Source: Batkoa obscura
Lineage: Eukaryota
Reading direction: 5' to 3'
Assembly (NCBI GenBank): GCA_030770535.1
Contig: JASVEC010000001.1
Coordinates: 1,984,001-2,048,000 of the forward strand
DNA: 64,000 nucleotides
A model generated the notes under the pieces. That model saw nothing but the letters and a program-made list of their open reading frames with translations. It was not told the origin of the DNA and did no database searches. Each line of letters starts with the position of its first letter. The first letter of the stretch is position 1. The position numbers were made by a program, and so were the translations under genes. Shown piece after piece: positions 61,425 through 64,000 of this stretch.

Positions 61425-63434
61425 TACATATTCATACCTAAAGCTCATTATTTTCCTGTCTTAATATATTAAATATCAAAATGGAAAAATCTATTAACAA
61501 TTTTAAAGATATTTTTAAACCTGCTTACCTTTAGTTGGTATTTAAAACCCATTATCATCCCTTTTTTAGCCTAATTTAACTTTATAGTACTTGTAATTGA
61601 AAACCATAATATATCCCTGCCTTTTATTTTAAAATGCATAATAACTATAAACTTAAACATAAAGCTCACTTGAAAAGTAAAATCTAAATGCAATACACTA
61701 AAATTAAATCAACATTTCAAATAGTCGATATAGTATATTAAATTAATATACCATTGATTTGTAATATAACTAATAAATTATATCCAAGTAAACTGATAAA
61801 TAAAAGGTTGGTTTCAAACATATATCCTTAAGTTATCCTAGTATATTGTAGCCTTTGAAGTGAAATGATATGAAATAATTACTTGAAATAACAATAAGTA
61901 TAGAACATCAAATATAATCAATATCAACAGCCATTACTAGAAAAATTGTTACTTTTATTGAATTACTTATACTGCTTAGTTTTTAAATTGAAAAGATAAA
62001 AATTCACTTTAAAAATATTTATATTATTAAAATTGGCATTACATTATTAAGAGGTAAATTTAGTGAGTGCTTGAGTTGTAGATTCCGGGATATAGATGAT
62101 AATATACTATACTTAAATCTCCGCTAACTATTCCCAGAGTCAACCTTGGTTTTTTTTTAAAAAATGAATAAAAGCTTAGATAAAATAAATTACCGATCAA
62201 ATGTTGGCTGTATTTCCTTTTTTTTTAAAGTATCAAATAATAATGAACACCTTTAAAATAATTATCTAAACTATTTCTTCAATAAATTATTTCTTAATCT
62301 TTACCTTTCTAAACTCCATTCTTCTTTTTCATTTGCAGGTAGGATATAAAACTCTTCTGACTCTTCGCTATTTTCGCTTTTCTTAATAAATGGATAACTT
62401 TAGTTTCAATATTTAAGTCTAATGTTAAGCTTTAAACCAAGGAATAATAGTTTAAAACAATAGAAAATAAATTACTTTAACTCCTTTTATTAACCCCAAA
62501 TCAAAATTTTCGGTTAATTTAAAATAAGATAACGACTGCCACTGTTTGCCTATAATTAAAATAAGTTATATAATGAATAAAACTAAAGTATATTATTCCT
62601 ATATTAAAACAATACCAAATTTAAGATCAAACCATACTGTTTTAAACGATGAGTAATTATTTAAATCCTCTAATTCTTTTAGTTCCTCATTATTATCCAT
62701 GGTAAACATAATCAAAGTAGTTGAAAAAAAAAGCCAAAATTAAATTTAGCATCATTGAAAACATAATTTCCGTATATGGAGAAACAAAAACCTGATTGCG
62801 TGAAAAAAGAAAATTGACTGATAATTTTCACAAATAAAACTTAATGTATACATTTTACAATGGGTTTATTAAAAACAACAGCATCTATACATGTTGTTAT
62901 CTTAAATTTGTAAAAGCTTAGGGATTATATTAGTCATATTAAAAAAAGCTATTTATCAATTTATTATGTTGCAATTAAATTAACTTAATATTGCAAATAT
63001 TTTTATATAGAACTGGTTGCAGTTAAACGTCTTCATTTTTTCCTAATTTGTTATTAATTTCTTTTATAATGAACTTATTAATTATGTGGTATATAATATA
63101 ATATAATTAAATTTATAAAGAAATTAATAGAAAATTAGTAAAAAATGAAGCCACCTAACTGCAATCAGTTCATACATAATACAATACAAATCAATAGTTT
63201 CCAACTTATAATCGTATAATCTTTTCTAATATATGGTAAAAACTAATAAGCTTTCAAGAAAATCTTCAGGAGAATCTATAAGAAAATCCTAAACAAAAAA
63301 TTTGTAAAATGATTCTGCTACATGGTTATCATTTTATTGTCAACAAAATATTTGGGTCTATTGCATTTACTGGGTGTAAAAAAGTAGTATTTAAAGAAGT
63401 AAATAGCAAGTTTAAAGGAGTAGTTTTTTTCACA

Positions 63435-63758
63435 ATGAATATTAAATTATTTTCTACCTTTATTGCTACTATTTTGGCTGTAGCTACTCCTGCTATGAGT
63501 GCTGTAGCTGGGCCTTTAAAACCACATAGAGGATTCGGAAAGTTTAATAGCCCATTACCAGGACACAGAAAAGTACCATTACTACTATCTCTTCCTCCAA
63601 TACCTATCTCACTTCCTGTTCCAGTCCCTAGTCTGATCCGAGGAGGTAAGAAGAAACATCCTACTACTCCAGAAGGAAATACACCACCTGCTGATGCGCC
63701 AGCTAATACTCCTGCTACTGATGCACCACTCGCTGATGCACCGCTTGCTGCCACTTAA
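63435..63758 (+). CDS. Small secreted Pro/Ala-rich protein (107 aa), related to 29300-29539
   Basis: Probable true start MNIKLFSTFIATILAVATPA (ACAATG context shared with the paralog) and a C-terminal (A/T)DAP repeat tail. Confidence 0.75.
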   Translation: MNIKLFSTFIATILAVATPAMSAVAGPLKPHRGFGKFNSPLPGHRKVPLLLSLPPIPISLPVPVPSLIRGGKKKHPTTPEGNTPPADAPANTPATDAPLADAPLAAT

Positions 63759-64000
63759 AACTTTGGATTTAATTAAGTGTTGATTTTAAAGTTTAACATT
63801 TTATTTCTATTAGTTTTTTTAATAAATTAGAGATTTCTTTTTCAAACTACATTTATTGTCAAACTATCATGTATCATATAACTGAATTTAGTCCTATTTG
63901 AAATTGTCGTTTTTAATAATACCAAACTTCACAAATTCAAATGTTTTTTATAAATCACAACATACAGGCAGCTGTGAAAAGTTATCCCTTTAAATCCTAA

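Noticed and set aside
61000..63300. 2.3-kb gene-free stretch as a possible transposon or hidden gene
   Set aside because: No ORF or transposase/RT remnant that I could recognise, apart from one MITE copy.
1..64000. tRNA or rRNA genes
   Set aside because: No cloverleaf with a GTTCGA T-arm and no rRNA-like sequence seen by eye; tRNAscan-SE would be decisive.

Overview
Very AT-rich, gene-dense eukaryotic DNA with many short (about 45-150 nt) GT-AG introns. Gene content and style point to an early-diverging, non-Dikarya fungus, plausibly Entomophthoromycotina (inference). About 26 genes could be reconstructed by hand, several largely missed by the ORF track (MMAA/MeaB, a TM-BAG protein, MBF1, the TFG PB1 exons, a gene at the left edge). 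Recognisable genes: NADH pyrophosphatase, GLC3, Bem3-like RhoGAP, RRP14, a Nup98-like FG protein, MGE1, RanGAP, DDI1, a NAP-family chaperone, NSE4, FIGNL1, TFG, UBL-WLM protease, SEC31, MBF1, Snl1-like, cysteine synthase, COG7, MMAA, NIPA and TRAPPC10. There are also two orphans, a small secreted Pro/Ala-rich family with a pseudogene, and an LRR-like pseudogene. Most notable: (1) a Nup98-like protein with two tandem GLEBS motifs and no C-terminal autoproteolytic domain; (2) genes typical of animals but not of model yeasts (B12-pathway MMAA, TFG 2 kb from SEC31, FIGNL1 with RAD51-binding motifs); (3) a MITE family sharing GGGAATG-type ends, two inverted copies of which bracket the LRR relic; (4) a structured intergenic segment with an Sm-site-like motif. 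All calls come from manual translation and motif recognition, with no database search. Multi-exon coordinates are start-to-stop spans.
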